Assembly (NCBI GenBank): GCA_046704385.1
Contig: JBJKSB010000021.1
Span: 17,269-81,268 of the forward strand
Length of the DNA: 64,000 nucleotides
Direction: 5' to 3'
From: Bacteroidales bacterium
Lineage (GTDB): Bacteria > Bacteroidota > Bacteroidia > Bacteroidales > SZUA-534
Part shown: one piece after another, positions 1-9,841 of the stretch
Numbering within the stretch: the stretch's first letter is position 1
Layout: each line of letters starts with the position of its first letter
The notes under the pieces: generated by a model
Database searches by the model: none
The model's input: the letters and a program-made list of their open reading frames with translations, nothing else
What the model was told of the DNA's origin: nothing
Translations under genes and position numbers: made by a program

Positions 1-82
1 TTTTCGCGGGTTGAGCTCAGGTGAATTTCGGCTTCATTTTTGGCATGAGCTTTTTTTTTCATAATTCCGGTATATTATAAAA

Positions 83-2227
83 TCAATCAGATAAAGTTAG
101 TGTGAATATAAACTTGCTTCCTTTGTCAGGTTGGCTTTCTACCCATATTTTTCCACCTTGTTTTTCCACAAATTCTTTACAAAGAACCAGCCCCAAACCA
201 CTACCTTTTTCATTAGCTGTTCCTGGAGTAGTAAATTGCTCTGAGAGGTTAAATATTTTATCAATATATTGCTTTTCAATACCTATACCATTGTCGGAAA
301 CAATAATAGTAGCTAAAGAATTTGCCTTATCTGATTCAGCATGGACCGTAATTTTTCCATTACGATGGGTGAATTTTATAGCGTTTGATAAAAGATTTCG
401 AAGAACTGTTTTTAGCATATTCTGGTCAGCATTAACATAAACATCATCGGGGATATTTAATGTAACGGATATGTTTTTTACTTCGGCATTGGCTTTAACA
501 GTATCCACAACTTCATACGATATTTCTTTTATTTGGTTTTTTACCGGTTTGTAAGGTAATTTTCCTGATTGCGATTTTGACCAAAGTAAAAGGTCGATAA
601 GTAGATTGTATGTATCGCTGGTGGTTTTATTAATTATTTTAATGAATTTTTCAATTTTTTCGTCGCTATAATTGTCTATATTTTCGATAAGCAGGTTTGT
701 AAAACCCAGCAGAACGGTAAACGGATTTTTCAGATCGTGGGCAATAATTGAAAAAAACTTATCTTTTGCAGCATTGAGTTCTTTCAGTTGCTCTTCACTT
801 TGTTTTAAAGCTTCTTCGGCCGCCTTGCGATCGCTAATATTTATAAAAGTGCAGATTACCTGTTCCACTGTACCATCATCGTTTAAATGGGGGATTGCAT
901 CAACCAATAACCAAACCCGGTCGTGGGTTGCCGGACGGTAAACTCCCATAACTACTTCGCGCACCGGTTTGCGAGTTGCAATTGCAACCGGTACCGGGTG
1001 TGTATCGCCCGGGAAAGGGGAGCCATCTTCGTGAATTACATTCCAATAAGGATCAAATGATGATTTACCCAAGAGTTGTTCTTCCGTTAGGCCAAGTAGC
1101 TCAAGTGCAGCCGGGTTACTTAAAAGTATCTCGGCTTGTGGCCCTTGTTGTAAAACTCCAACGGGCATTTCCCATACCAGATTCCTGAATTTTTTCTCGT
1201 TTTCTTCAGCTATCTGGTTGGCATAAAATATTTGTTCATTTGTTTGCTTCAATTCTTCATTTAAAGCAAGATACTTTTCGTTTTTTTTGTAGAGGTCTTT
1301 TTCGCTTTTTTCGGCACGTTCCTTTGCTCTTACCAGATCAATTTCGTAGTTTTTTAATTGGGTAATATCCTGCGAAATAACCTGAACAGCCACCACTTTT
1401 TGGTCATTATTAAAAATTGGATGATAGGTTGACCTGTACCATTTTTTTCCTATTGGTAAATTAAATAACGTTTCAAATGTTTCTGTAACACCTGATTTTA
1501 TTACCCTTTTAATTCGTTTATAAATATTTTGGCCATTTTCTTCACCGTAAATTTCAAAAACATTTTGACCTATACAGTGATATAAACCTTTATCAAGTAT
1601 ATCGGATGACAGTTTGTTTTGTAATTTTAAAACGCATTGGATATCAAAAATAGCATTGGCTGTACCGGTCGATTCAAAAATCAATTTAAAATTATTCTCA
1701 TTTTTCTCAGCTATTTTAATGGCATCAGTCAATTGTTTTTTAATAATTATCTTTTCGGTAACATCATTCAGAGATCCTATAATTCCAATAATTTCATTGT
1801 TTTTATTTAGTGTTGCAGTCAAATTTTCAATTATCGATATTTCTTCACCATTTTTATTTATTCCCAACGTTTCGTAATTTCTGATTTTTTTCTGCTGTTT
1901 AAGTTTTGCTTTATTTTGAATGAACTCGGATGAATCTTTAAACAATACTTCAATATTTTTCCCAACAAGTTCCTCTTTGGTTGAGTAACCAAATATTTCA
2001 AGAAGAGAAGGATTGCAATCCAGAATATTCCCATCCGGGTTAAGCAGGAATTTGCCAGACAGATCATCATCAAAGAAATTCTTAAATTTTTTGTTACTTT
2101 CAATCAGTGACTTTTCAATTCCTTTTTTTTGGGTTAATGATTTCTTTAATTTTTCATTTTCAGACAATAACTCTTCATAAGAAAGTCCTTCTTTCATAGT
2201 ATTTCCGGTTAAAGTTGATCCCAACAC
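83..2227 (-). CDS. multi-PAS sensor histidine kinase
   Basis: 714-aa ORF. C-terminal kinase core has H-box 'FFSIIAHDLKNPF', N-box 'LRNLLSNAIKFT' and G-boxes 'DNGIGI' and 'GSGLGLVLCKEF'. It is preceded by several PAS-like modules and coiled-coil linkers. Confidence 0.9.
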   Translation of the reverse strand: MLGSTLTGNTMKEGLSYEELLSENEKLKKSLTQKKGIEKSLIESNKKFKNFFDDDLSGKFLLNPDGNILDCNPSLLEIFGYSTKEELVGKNIEVLFKDSSEFIQNKAKLKQQKKIRNYETLGINKNGEEISIIENLTATLNKNNEIIGIIGSLNDVTEKIIIKKQLTDAIKIAEKNENNFKLIFESTGTANAIFDIQCVLKLQNKLSSDILDKGLYHCIGQNVFEIYGEENGQNIYKRIKRVIKSGVTETFETLFNLPIGKKWYRSTYHPIFNNDQKVVAVQVISQDITQLKNYEIDLVRAKERAEKSEKDLYKKNEKYLALNEELKQTNEQIFYANQIAEENEKKFRNLVWEMPVGVLQQGPQAEILLSNPAALELLGLTEEQLLGKSSFDPYWNVIHEDGSPFPGDTHPVPVAIATRKPVREVVMGVYRPATHDRVWLLVDAIPHLNDDGTVEQVICTFINISDRKAAEEALKQSEEQLKELNAAKDKFFSIIAHDLKNPFTVLLGFTNLLIENIDNYSDEKIEKFIKIINKTTSDTYNLLIDLLLWSKSQSGKLPYKPVKNQIKEISYEVVDTVKANAEVKNISVTLNIPDDVYVNADQNMLKTVLRNLLSNAIKFTHRNGKITVHAESDKANSLATIIVSDNGIGIEKQYIDKIFNLSEQFTTPGTANEKGSGLGLVLCKEFVEKQGGKIWVESQPDKGSKFIFTLTLSD

Positions 2228-2340
2228 AAGAGCAGAAACTAAAATTACCTATAAAAATAATGAAAAGCATATAAAATTATATGTATTTAATATACTTTTT
2301 ATCCAGTGAGAAGGAGATAATAATAATCATAATAGGTTTG

Positions 2341-2394
2341 CTAATTGTGGTATGATTGCGTGGGAAGGTTTGATAATACATACCAGTTTTTCAT
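2341..2394 (-). pseudogene. 5' remnant of a second GIY-YIG ORF
   Basis: Minus-strand ATG at 2394 reads MKNWYV, identical to the first 6 residues of the intact ORF at 2522-2776. It then diverges and stops after 17 codons (stop at 2341-2343). Confidence 0.6.
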
Positions 2395-2469
2395 GCACTT
2401 ATGTAAACAAAAAAGGCTAACCACCGATTAACCTTTTTGCTCCCCCTCTTGGACTTGAACCAAGGACCC
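2373..2469. repeat. copy A of a ~97-bp duplicated module (GIY-YIG start + hairpin + tRNA 3' half)
   Basis: Aligns by eye at roughly 90% identity with 2755-2851. Shared string: cataccaRtttttcatgcact..aaaaaggctaacc..ttgctccccctcttggacttgaaccaaggaccc. Confidence 0.85.
2409..2438 (-). terminator. hairpin + T-run downstream of the tRNA-like fragment
   Basis: Minus-strand RNA AAAAAGGTTAA-TCGGTGG-TTAGCCTTTTTT. The stem needs a G-U pair, so it forms only on the minus-strand transcript. Confidence 0.5.
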
Positions 2470-2498
2470 TTCCGATTTTACATCGGGATGCTCTAACC
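2440..2498 (-). pseudogene. tRNA 3' fragment (T-arm and 3' acceptor identical to tRNA-Asn), no 5' acceptor strand
   Basis: Minus strand reads GGTTAGAGCA-TCCCGATGTAAAATCGG-AAGGGTCCTTGGTTCAAGTCCAAGAGGGGGAG. No complementary 5' acceptor strand is present. The anticodon arm is replaced by a CCGAT-GTAAA-ATCGG hairpin. Confidence 0.7.
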
Positions 2499-2521
2499 TT
2501 TCCTATAGGCATGAGCCATTT

Positions 2522-2821
<300 letters not shown>

Positions 2822-2851
<30 letters not shown>

Positions 2852-2895
2852 CTTGATTAACAGTCAAGTGCTCTAACCAACTGAGCTAAGGAGGA
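2822..2895 (-). tRNA. tRNA-Asn (anticodon GTT)
   Basis: 74 nt folded by hand: TCCTCCT TA GCTC AGTTGGTTA GAGC A CTTGA CTGTTAA TCAAG GGGTC CTTGG TTCAAGT CCAAG AGGGGGA G. All four stems pair. No encoded CCA. Confidence 0.9.
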
Positions 2896-2933
2896 ATATT
2901 TTTTTTATTTCAACAATAATCTAAGAACGATTG

Positions 2934-3007
2934 CTCCCCCTCTTGGACTTGAACCCGGTCCCTCCCGATAACGATCGGGATGCTCTAACCAACTGAACTG
3001 CGGAGGA
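2934..3007 (-). pseudogene. tRNA-shaped degenerate copy (same 74-nt layout as tRNA-Asn)
   Basis: Shares acceptor and D-arm strings with tRNA-Asn. The T-stem CCGGG/CCAAG has two mismatches and position 7-66 is G/A. The anticodon region forms CCCGAT-CGTT-ATCGGG instead of a 5-bp stem with a 7-nt loop. Confidence 0.6.
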
Positions 3008-3236
3008 AGAACGTTTTCAACTTTGAATATGTGTTTTTCAAAATTGCGTGGCAAAAATACACGCTAGGTTTTAATTTGCAAAATTATTTCAAATAAAATT
3101 TAACACTTCAGTCATATTTTTTTTGTGGGAGCTGAAATTCAATATTTTGCAGATAAATTTCCGATTAATTAAATTTAAACATATTTTCGCGGGGCTCAAA
3201 TTTGTGGGCTAGGCTTAACTAATTAAAAAATTACAA

Positions 3237-4205
3237 ATGGACAAAGTATTGGGAATGGGAAACGCGCTGGTAGATATTATGACCAAACTAAGCAGCGACA
3301 ACATCTTATCTGAATTAAACCTGCCTAAAGGGAGTATGCAGTTGGTTGATACCGAATTTTCGAACCAGGTTCTGGAAAAAACAAAACACTTTAATCCGGT
3401 TCTAACCTCGGGTGGATCGGCCGCCAACACCATCCACGGATTAGCCCGCTTAGGTATAAAAACCGGTTTTATTGGTAAAGTGGGAGTTGATGCTATGGGT
3501 AATTTTTTTGAAGAAGATTTGACGAATACCGGAGTTAAACCCTTGCTTTTGCAAAGCGAAACCCCTTCAGGTAAAGCAATTGCCCTGGTTTCACCCGACT
3601 CTGAACGCACTTTTGCCACATATCTGGGAGCAGCAGTTGAACTAAATGCTAATGATATTAATCCTGATATTTTCGAAGGTTATCAATATTTTCACATTGA
3701 GGGTTATTTGGTTCAAAATCATGAATTAATTGAACATGCTATTAAAACAGCTAAAAATAAAGGGTTAAAGGTTTCACTCGATCTGGCAAGCTATAATGTA
3801 GTTGAAGACAACCTTGATTTTTTAAACCGCATGGCAAAAGACTATGTAGATATCATTTTTGCCAACGAAGAGGAAGCTAAAGCCTTCACTGGCAAAGAAC
3901 CTGACGAAGCGCTTGAGATTTTAGGTGGTTTATGTCCGATTGCTGTTGTAAAAGTTGGCAAACAGGGCTCATGGATTAAAAATGGAGACAGTGTTTGTCG
4001 TGCCGGTATTATCGAAGTGAATAGTTTGGATACAACTGGAGCAGGTGATTTATATGCTGCAGGGTTTCTTTACGGACTGATTCATAATAAAACCATGGAA
4101 GAATGTGGTCATTTAGGCGCGCTGTTATCCGGAAAAGTTATCGAAAATCTCGGTGCTAAAATTTCTGAAGAAGGATGGAAATTTATCAAATCACAAATAA
4201 GCTAA
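3237..4205 (+). CDS. PfkB-family carbohydrate/adenosine kinase
   Basis: 322 aa. Ribokinase-family signatures 'GGSAANT' and 'DTTGAGDLYAAGFLYG'. Confidence 0.85.
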   Translation: MDKVLGMGNALVDIMTKLSSDNILSELNLPKGSMQLVDTEFSNQVLEKTKHFNPVLTSGGSAANTIHGLARLGIKTGFIGKVGVDAMGNFFEEDLTNTGVKPLLLQSETPSGKAIALVSPDSERTFATYLGAAVELNANDINPDIFEGYQYFHIEGYLVQNHELIEHAIKTAKNKGLKVSLDLASYNVVEDNLDFLNRMAKDYVDIIFANEEEAKAFTGKEPDEALEILGGLCPIAVVKVGKQGSWIKNGDSVCRAGIIEVNSLDTTGAGDLYAAGFLYGLIHNKTMEECGHLGALLSGKVIENLGAKISEEGWKFIKSQIS

Positions 4206-4230
4206 ATAAATAAAAAACATATGTTTATGT

Positions 4231-4259
4231 AAAGGTCTTCTCTTGGGAAGACTTTTTTT
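4231..4259 (+). terminator. intrinsic terminator
   Basis: GTCTTC-tcttgg-GAAGAC followed by a T7 run, 26 nt after the kinase stop codon. Confidence 0.7.
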
Positions 4260-4293
4260 ATTTTATTATATACCTTTGTGAAAATCACCTCCG

Positions 4294-7233
4294 ATGAGAA
4301 AAGTCATTTGGACCGTTTTATTGGCTATGTTTTTTATACCTGAAATGGGCTTGTCGCAGCCAAACGACAATGGGCTTTACCATTTTTCATTTCTGATAAA
4401 GCAAAAATCAGATATTGAGGAAATAACCCAAATAATTTCTATCGATAACGTAATTCGTGATACGGTATTTGCTTATGCCAATCAAAAGGAATTTGATCGG
4501 TTTTTGGCATTGGGGATTCCTTACCAGCTAATTCCCAAAGCCATTGCGCCTAAATCAGTATTAATGGCCGGAACCCTGGCCGAAATGGCAAATTGGGACC
4601 GGTATCCAACCTATGACCTTTATGTGCAAATGATGCAGAACTGGGAAAGTCAGTATCCTGATATCTGTAAAGTTGAAGAGATTGGAACCTTATCGGGTGG
4701 TCGTAAATTAATTTCGGTTAAAATTAGCGACCATCCGGATGTTGATTTTGAAAAAGAACCTGAACTGTTTTTGACCAGTTCCATTCATGGTGATGAAACC
4801 GGGGGATACGGAGTGCTTTTACACTTGATAGATTATTTGTTATCAGAATATAAAAGCGGAAATAATCCGTTGGTTACACAATTGGTAAATAATTGTGAAA
4901 TTTGGATAAATCCGCTGGCTAATCCCAACGGATCGTATGTTAACGATAATTCAACCCTAAATTATGCCACACGATATAATGCCAATTATGTTGATTTAAA
5001 TCGAAATTTTCCTGACCCACGTAGGGGCGATAATCCTGATGGAAATGCTTACCAGGAGGAGACTCTGTTTATGATGGATTTTGCTGCAAAGCACCATTTT
5101 TCATTGAGCGTGAATATTCATGGTGGTTCCGAAGTGGTAAATTATCCCTGGGATACCTGGTCGAAACGAACTGCCGATGATTCCTGGTGGAGGTACGTGG
5201 GAGGAAATTATCGCGATTCGGCCCAAGCAAATGGACCTTTAGGCTACATGAACGATGTTTCAAACGGCCTGACCGATGGTTACGACTGGTATTCAATTAC
5301 AGGTGGCCGCCAGGATTACATGAATTATTTTGAACACTGCCGTGAATTTACTCTTGAAATCAGCGGCATAAAGTTGTATCCCGCAACCGATTTGCCCGTT
5401 TTATGGAATTCAAACCGTGGCGCTTTGTTGGGCTATATGAGTGAAGCCTTGCATGGATTACAGGGTACCATTACAAACAGTTTGGGCAAACCTTTGTCTG
5501 CTAAAATACAAGTGCTTAATCACGATATTGACAGCTCTGAGGTTTATACAGATACAACAAATGGTTTTTATGTAAGGTTTTTGAAGCAAGGGGCTTATAG
5601 TATTAAAGTTTCAGCACCGAGTTATAATGACCTGACAGTAAATAATATAAACATTATTGACGGAGCCGTAAAAACGCTAAATCTGGTCATGATTAAACCT
5701 TACTCCAAACTTTGTATAGATACCACTTCGGTACATTTTCAGCACGTTGGATCAGAACCCGATACAATTGAAATACCCATATTGAATTGCGGGAATCAGG
5801 CTGTAAGTGGCAATATTCATTGGGAAAATACAACACCCGAAGAATGGCTGGTTATTGCTGATTCCCTGATGAGTTTAAATCCCCAAGATGAAAAAGTAAT
5901 CTCAATAAAGGTTAATAATCTTTTACAATCGGACACCGTTATTTCCAAAATTTTATGCGTTGAAACGGATACGATTATAAAAATTCCTGTATCAGTTCAA
6001 TTTTTCAGCAATCCAAATCTGGTGTTGAGCCAACAGGCTATATTTAAGCAACTTCCGCCAGATACCATTATTACAGATAGTGTTCAGGTTGAAAACTTAG
6101 GAAATTCCAGCCAGCATCTGGCCATTTCATCAGAAAATATAAATTGGTTAAATACTATGGATACGGCACTTAACCTGCCAGCTAAAAATCATGTGTGGTT
6201 AAAATATATGATCAGCACTAAATCTCTTTATGCCGGCGCTTTTAGCTCAGTTCTCAAAATAAATAATGGTATGGTAATAAAAATACCTGTTAAAGTGATC
6301 TGTGACACCACACCACTTTTATCCATATCGCGGCTACCATCTACTTTTGAGCTTATAATGCCTGACAATATAACATCCTCATTTATAATTGAAAATGCGG
6401 GTGTGGGGTCATTAACTTATCGGATTTATCTTACTGACAATGTTACCAAAAACATTATTAAAATTAATCGGGACACCGGTAGTTTAGGCCAGGCCAGCAT
6501 CGATACCATTTCATTCACAATTAATAGCGACACGGTTAGTATGGGGAATTACTTTTCCGATCTGAAAATTGAAACGCCATCAGATACTATAACAAAGGCA
6601 CTGAAATTTCATATTGACAGCTTACCAAAATTTAATTTACAGGTTTCGTCTTTAAATTTTTATGGAACCACTGGAAAAATATATTATGATTCGCTTCCGA
6701 TTGAGAATGCAGGCGGAGATATCCTGACAGTTTTGCCAAAGGAGTTAATTACGAATAATTATAGTTTGTTAACCTTTCCAGCATCACCGCTGAAAATAAG
6801 TGCCAAATCGAAGGTTTATTTGCCAATTATTGTTGATGCCCGGAATTTAACTCCCGGTAATTACTTTAGTTCGATAAGTATTTCGGGCCAGGTTATCCCT
6901 GTTACTTTTACGGCCGAATCGCCGGCTGAGGCATCATTCAGCAAAACCAGCATCAGGGTTCGGATGGGAACAAATCACACAAGCACCGATACTATTTTTA
7001 TTTCGAACATTGGTGGACAAATATTAAATTTTTCGGTTAACGACAGCCAATTTCCTGAATGGATGACTACGAATGTAACTAACTATCAAGTTGGACCTGG
7101 TGAAACCGCTCCCCTGGTGATTGCATTGAACAGCAACGGGCTTGCACCGCAGGTTTATACAAAAATGATTGAAATCAGAAGTGAAAAACTTTACAGAATT
7201 TCGGTGACGCTGGAAGTGGAATTTCTAAAATAA
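4294..7233 (+). CDS. secreted M14 zinc carboxypeptidase with a long C-terminal array of beta-sandwich-like repeats
   Basis: 979 aa with a signal peptide. M14 motifs 'SSIHGDETGG', 'DLNRNFP' and 'NIHGGSEVVNYPWD'. The C-terminal ~500 aa contains at least 5 modules with a recurring I-x-N-x-G-x-x-x-L signature (ILNCGNQAV, VENLGNSSQHL, IENAGVGSL, IENAGGDIL, ISNIGGQIL). Confidence 0.85.
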   Translation: MRKVIWTVLLAMFFIPEMGLSQPNDNGLYHFSFLIKQKSDIEEITQIISIDNVIRDTVFAYANQKEFDRFLALGIPYQLIPKAIAPKSVLMAGTLAEMANWDRYPTYDLYVQMMQNWESQYPDICKVEEIGTLSGGRKLISVKISDHPDVDFEKEPELFLTSSIHGDETGGYGVLLHLIDYLLSEYKSGNNPLVTQLVNNCEIWINPLANPNGSYVNDNSTLNYATRYNANYVDLNRNFPDPRRGDNPDGNAYQEETLFMMDFAAKHHFSLSVNIHGGSEVVNYPWDTWSKRTADDSWWRYVGGNYRDSAQANGPLGYMNDVSNGLTDGYDWYSITGGRQDYMNYFEHCREFTLEISGIKLYPATDLPVLWNSNRGALLGYMSEALHGLQGTITNSLGKPLSAKIQVLNHDIDSSEVYTDTTNGFYVRFLKQGAYSIKVSAPSYNDLTVNNINIIDGAVKTLNLVMIKPYSKLCIDTTSVHFQHVGSEPDTIEIPILNCGNQAVSGNIHWENTTPEEWLVIADSLMSLNPQDEKVISIKVNNLLQSDTVISKILCVETDTIIKIPVSVQFFSNPNLVLSQQAIFKQLPPDTIITDSVQVENLGNSSQHLAISSENINWLNTMDTALNLPAKNHVWLKYMISTKSLYAGAFSSVLKINNGMVIKIPVKVICDTTPLLSISRLPSTFELIMPDNITSSFIIENAGVGSLTYRIYLTDNVTKNIIKINRDTGSLGQASIDTISFTINSDTVSMGNYFSDLKIETPSDTITKALKFHIDSLPKFNLQVSSLNFYGTTGKIYYDSLPIENAGGDILTVLPKELITNNYSLLTFPASPLKISAKSKVYLPIIVDARNLTPGNYFSSISISGQVIPVTFTAESPAEASFSKTSIRVRMGTNHTSTDTIFISNIGGQILNFSVNDSQFPEWMTTNVTNYQVGPGETAPLVIALNSNGLAPQVYTKMIEIRSEKLYRISVTLEVEFLK

Positions 7234-7839
7234 TCCATGAATTTCTGCATCTATTTTATTAATGATGCTGCTTAAATCTTCATTCTTTTCAGAGAAATTC
7301 AGATTGTCAACATCGATAATCAACAGTTTGCCCAGGTCATATTTATCAATCCATGCCTCATAACGTTCATTCAGTCTTTTAAGATAATCGAGCCTTATGG
7401 AATTTTCATAATCGCGGCCACGCTTCTGTATCTGGCTAACCAGGGTTGGAACCGATGCTCTTAAATAGATCAATAAATCGGGGGGTTGTATTAATGAGCT
7501 CATCAGCTCGAATAATGAGAAATAATTATTGAAGTCGCGCAAACTAAGCAATCCCATAGCATGCAGGTTTGGCGCAAAAATATGTGCGTCTTCATAAATG
7601 GTTCTGTCCTGAATTACAGTTTTACCCGACTTACGGATTTCAAGAATTTGATTGAAGCGGCTGTTTAAAAAATAAATCTGCAAATTAAACGACCAGCGTT
7701 GCATGTCATTATAAAAATCATTCAAATAGGGATTTTCATCCACATCTTCGTAATGGGCATCCCATTTATAATGTTTTGATAATAAACGTGTTAGTGTTGT
7801 TTTTCCCGAACCAATGTTTCCAGCTATTGCTATATGCAT
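7225..7839 (-). CDS. deoxynucleoside kinase
   Basis: 204 aa. P-loop 'IAGNIGSGKTT' and dNK-family layout ('DRTIYED', 'RGRDYE'). Confidence 0.85.
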   Translation of the reverse strand: MHIAIAGNIGSGKTTLTRLLSKHYKWDAHYEDVDENPYLNDFYNDMQRWSFNLQIYFLNSRFNQILEIRKSGKTVIQDRTIYEDAHIFAPNLHAMGLLSLRDFNNYFSLFELMSSLIQPPDLLIYLRASVPTLVSQIQKRGRDYENSIRLDYLKRLNERYEAWIDKYDLGKLLIIDVDNLNFSEKNEDLSSIINKIDAEIHGLF

Positions 7840-8041
7840 AATGTCATTATTTTACCTTACTAAAGTAGTTTAATTATTTTTTTTAGAAAAGAATTAAAAA
7901 AAATAAATCAGACGCAACCATTTTCTGTCTCAATGCATCGGACATTTTTGCAGGGGTTTTTTATTTAAATTTTTGTAACAAAAATTGCAATTAAGTACAA
8001 TAATTTAAACAGGAGACCGTTAATAGTTAAAATTCTTTCTT

Positions 8042-8377
8042 ATGCACAGAGAATTGCCGCTTTATATTTTTGTCCGGAATACTGTTATTCTGTGTTTTGT
8101 GTTTTTTGTTGTATCGGCATTAATTATTGAACATGGGAGATACGAGCGCGGCGAAAATTCTTTGTTTAACCTTATAAAAATAAAACAGAATAAAATCAGG
8201 GACTATAACAATTTTGATATTTCAAATTCACAAAAAGCTGATCCCATCAATTTTTATTCAAATACTTTAGCTAATCAGGATTCCACTGATCAGGACGCAC
8301 CTTTTGCTAATTTTAATATTTTATTAGTTAAAAATGTGGACCAAAGCACTTTTGCCACTATCAAGGTCGACTTATAA
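8042..8377 (+). CDS. hypothetical small membrane protein (weak call)
   Basis: 111-aa ORF with one hydrophobic segment (VILCFVFFVVSALII). No recognisable motif. Its end overlaps the convergent HAD gene. Confidence 0.3.
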   Translation: MHRELPLYIFVRNTVILCFVFFVVSALIIEHGRYERGENSLFNLIKIKQNKIRDYNNFDISNSQKADPINFYSNTLANQDSTDQDAPFANFNILLVKNVDQSTFATIKVDL

Positions 8378-9010
8378 AATATTTTTTAAATCAAGAAGAT
8401 TACTAAATACTTTATTCCCATTTATTTGTAAACGCCGCATTGATTGATGGCCCTGAGCCACTAAAATACAATCGACCCCCATTGATTCAGCAACCTCCTT
8501 GTCATGAAGTGTGTCACCAATCATTATTGTTTCATTGCGAATAAATTGTTTACTTTCGATTAAATATTTGCCTTGTTCGGTTTTGCTTCGGGCAAAATGA
8601 TCATCCAACCCGACTATTTTATTGAAGTATTTGGAAATTCTCAGGTTTTTAACTGATTGTTCCAGGGTAAACTGTTCCATAGCTGACAATATTACCTGGT
8701 TTTTACCCTGGTTATGAAAATGATTCAAAATAGTTTTAGCATCAGAAAATAATTGTACGGAAGGTAAATTCAGGTGAAAATATTCTATGAATTTTAAAGC
8801 CGGGCCATCGAATTTTTCACGGGTAAAATCAAAACCAATTTTTTCGTAGTAATCCTTTACCGGAAAAGTAAAAACCTCTTTATAAATTTGTTCGTTAATT
8901 TCGGGCAGGCTTCTTTCTTTTAATAACATATTCATCGATTGAACACAGGCAGACACATCATTTAACAAAGTCCCGTTCCAGTCCCAGATTACGTTTTTAT
9001 ATTTTGTCAT
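8372..9010 (-). CDS. HAD-superfamily hydrolase (phosphatase-like)
   Basis: 212 aa. Motif I 'VIWDWNGTLL' has Asn in place of the second Asp. Motif IV-like 'MIGDTLHD'. Confidence 0.75.
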   Translation of the reverse strand: MTKYKNVIWDWNGTLLNDVSACVQSMNMLLKERSLPEINEQIYKEVFTFPVKDYYEKIGFDFTREKFDGPALKFIEYFHLNLPSVQLFSDAKTILNHFHNQGKNQVILSAMEQFTLEQSVKNLRISKYFNKIVGLDDHFARSKTEQGKYLIESKQFIRNETIMIGDTLHDKEVAESMGVDCILVAQGHQSMRRLQINGNKVFSNLLDLKNIL

Positions 9011-9012
9011 TT

Positions 9013-9795
9013 CTATTCTATCTTTTGAATACTTATTTTATTGTCGCTACTGGCATAAATGCGTTTATTATAGTAATAAACTATACTATTTTGGAAAGCC
9101 ACAGGCACTTTTTTTTCAATTTCGGAGTTTAAAACCGGATTATAAATCCATAAATTTTGGTTTTTATTATAATTCAGTTGGCCTGATATCATTTTAATGT
9201 TTTTTGCATCCTTTAGGTGGATGGTAGTCAGATAGGAACAAAACTGATCAAAAACGAGTACTCTATCTCCTGCACCTAAATATACTTTTTGATTATACTC
9301 CCTGATAAAGTCAATTTCATTTCCTTCGGTTAAATCCAGCAAATTTTGTGTTTCATTCACTTTTTCATTTTTTGAATTATACAATTGAAGGGTTTGTGTT
9401 TCCATGCAAAAAATCCAGTAACCTCCAAGAGAAGAACCACCAGCCATCCAGGCTTCGGTTCCGGTAATTTCAAAAAAATCAATCGGGTCTTTTATAGGAG
9501 TGAAAAACTGGTTTAAGAAAACAATAACATTGCTTTCGCGATAGAACACCATTACTCTTAAAGGATTGGTTACATCAACACTGGTGATTACTCCGTTTAT
9601 CCTGTTTGAGTACCTTACATCCATTATGCCTTTAGAGTTGTAACGTTTCATCTCAAACCCGGAAACCGTGTAAAGGTTTTCAATATTATCAATTTCAATA
9701 AAGTCGGATGCTGTATTTATCTCGATTAACGGTTGTGCATTCATTATAAAATGTAACTGAAGTAGAAATATACTAAATATAATTACACGAATCAT
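9013..9795 (-). CDS. hypothetical secreted protein
   Basis: 260 aa with an N-terminal signal-like segment. No recognisable catalytic motif. Confidence 0.6.
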   Translation of the reverse strand: MIRVIIFSIFLLQLHFIMNAQPLIEINTASDFIEIDNIENLYTVSGFEMKRYNSKGIMDVRYSNRINGVITSVDVTNPLRVMVFYRESNVIVFLNQFFTPIKDPIDFFEITGTEAWMAGGSSLGGYWIFCMETQTLQLYNSKNEKVNETQNLLDLTEGNEIDFIREYNQKVYLGAGDRVLVFDQFCSYLTTIHLKDAKNIKMISGQLNYNKNQNLWIYNPVLNSEIEKKVPVAFQNSIVYYYNKRIYASSDNKISIQKIE

Positions 9796-9841
9796 TTTTA
9801 TGATTTTATGTACTAAAGAAATAATTTAATGATTGAACAAA

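Noticed and set aside
1-62. Possible 5' end of a minus-strand gene (ATG at 62; MKKKAHAKNEAEIHLSSTRE...) running off the left edge, 20 nt downstream of the kinase gene.
   Set aside because: Only 20 codons are visible and no motif is recognisable. It cannot be supported as a feature.
102-2103. Plus- and minus-strand ORFs inside the histidine-kinase gene (102-440, 672-941, 976-1188, 1614-1877, 1858-2103).
   Set aside because: They lie antisense or out of frame within a well-supported 714-aa gene and have low-complexity translations. They are shadow ORFs.
2934-3007. Reading the tRNA-shaped unit as a functional tRNA-Thr (a CGT anticodon under standard numbering).
   Set aside because: The T-stem has two mismatches and pair 7-66 is mismatched. 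The anticodon stem only pairs if the loop shrinks to 4-6 nt. It is better treated as a degenerate or decoy copy.
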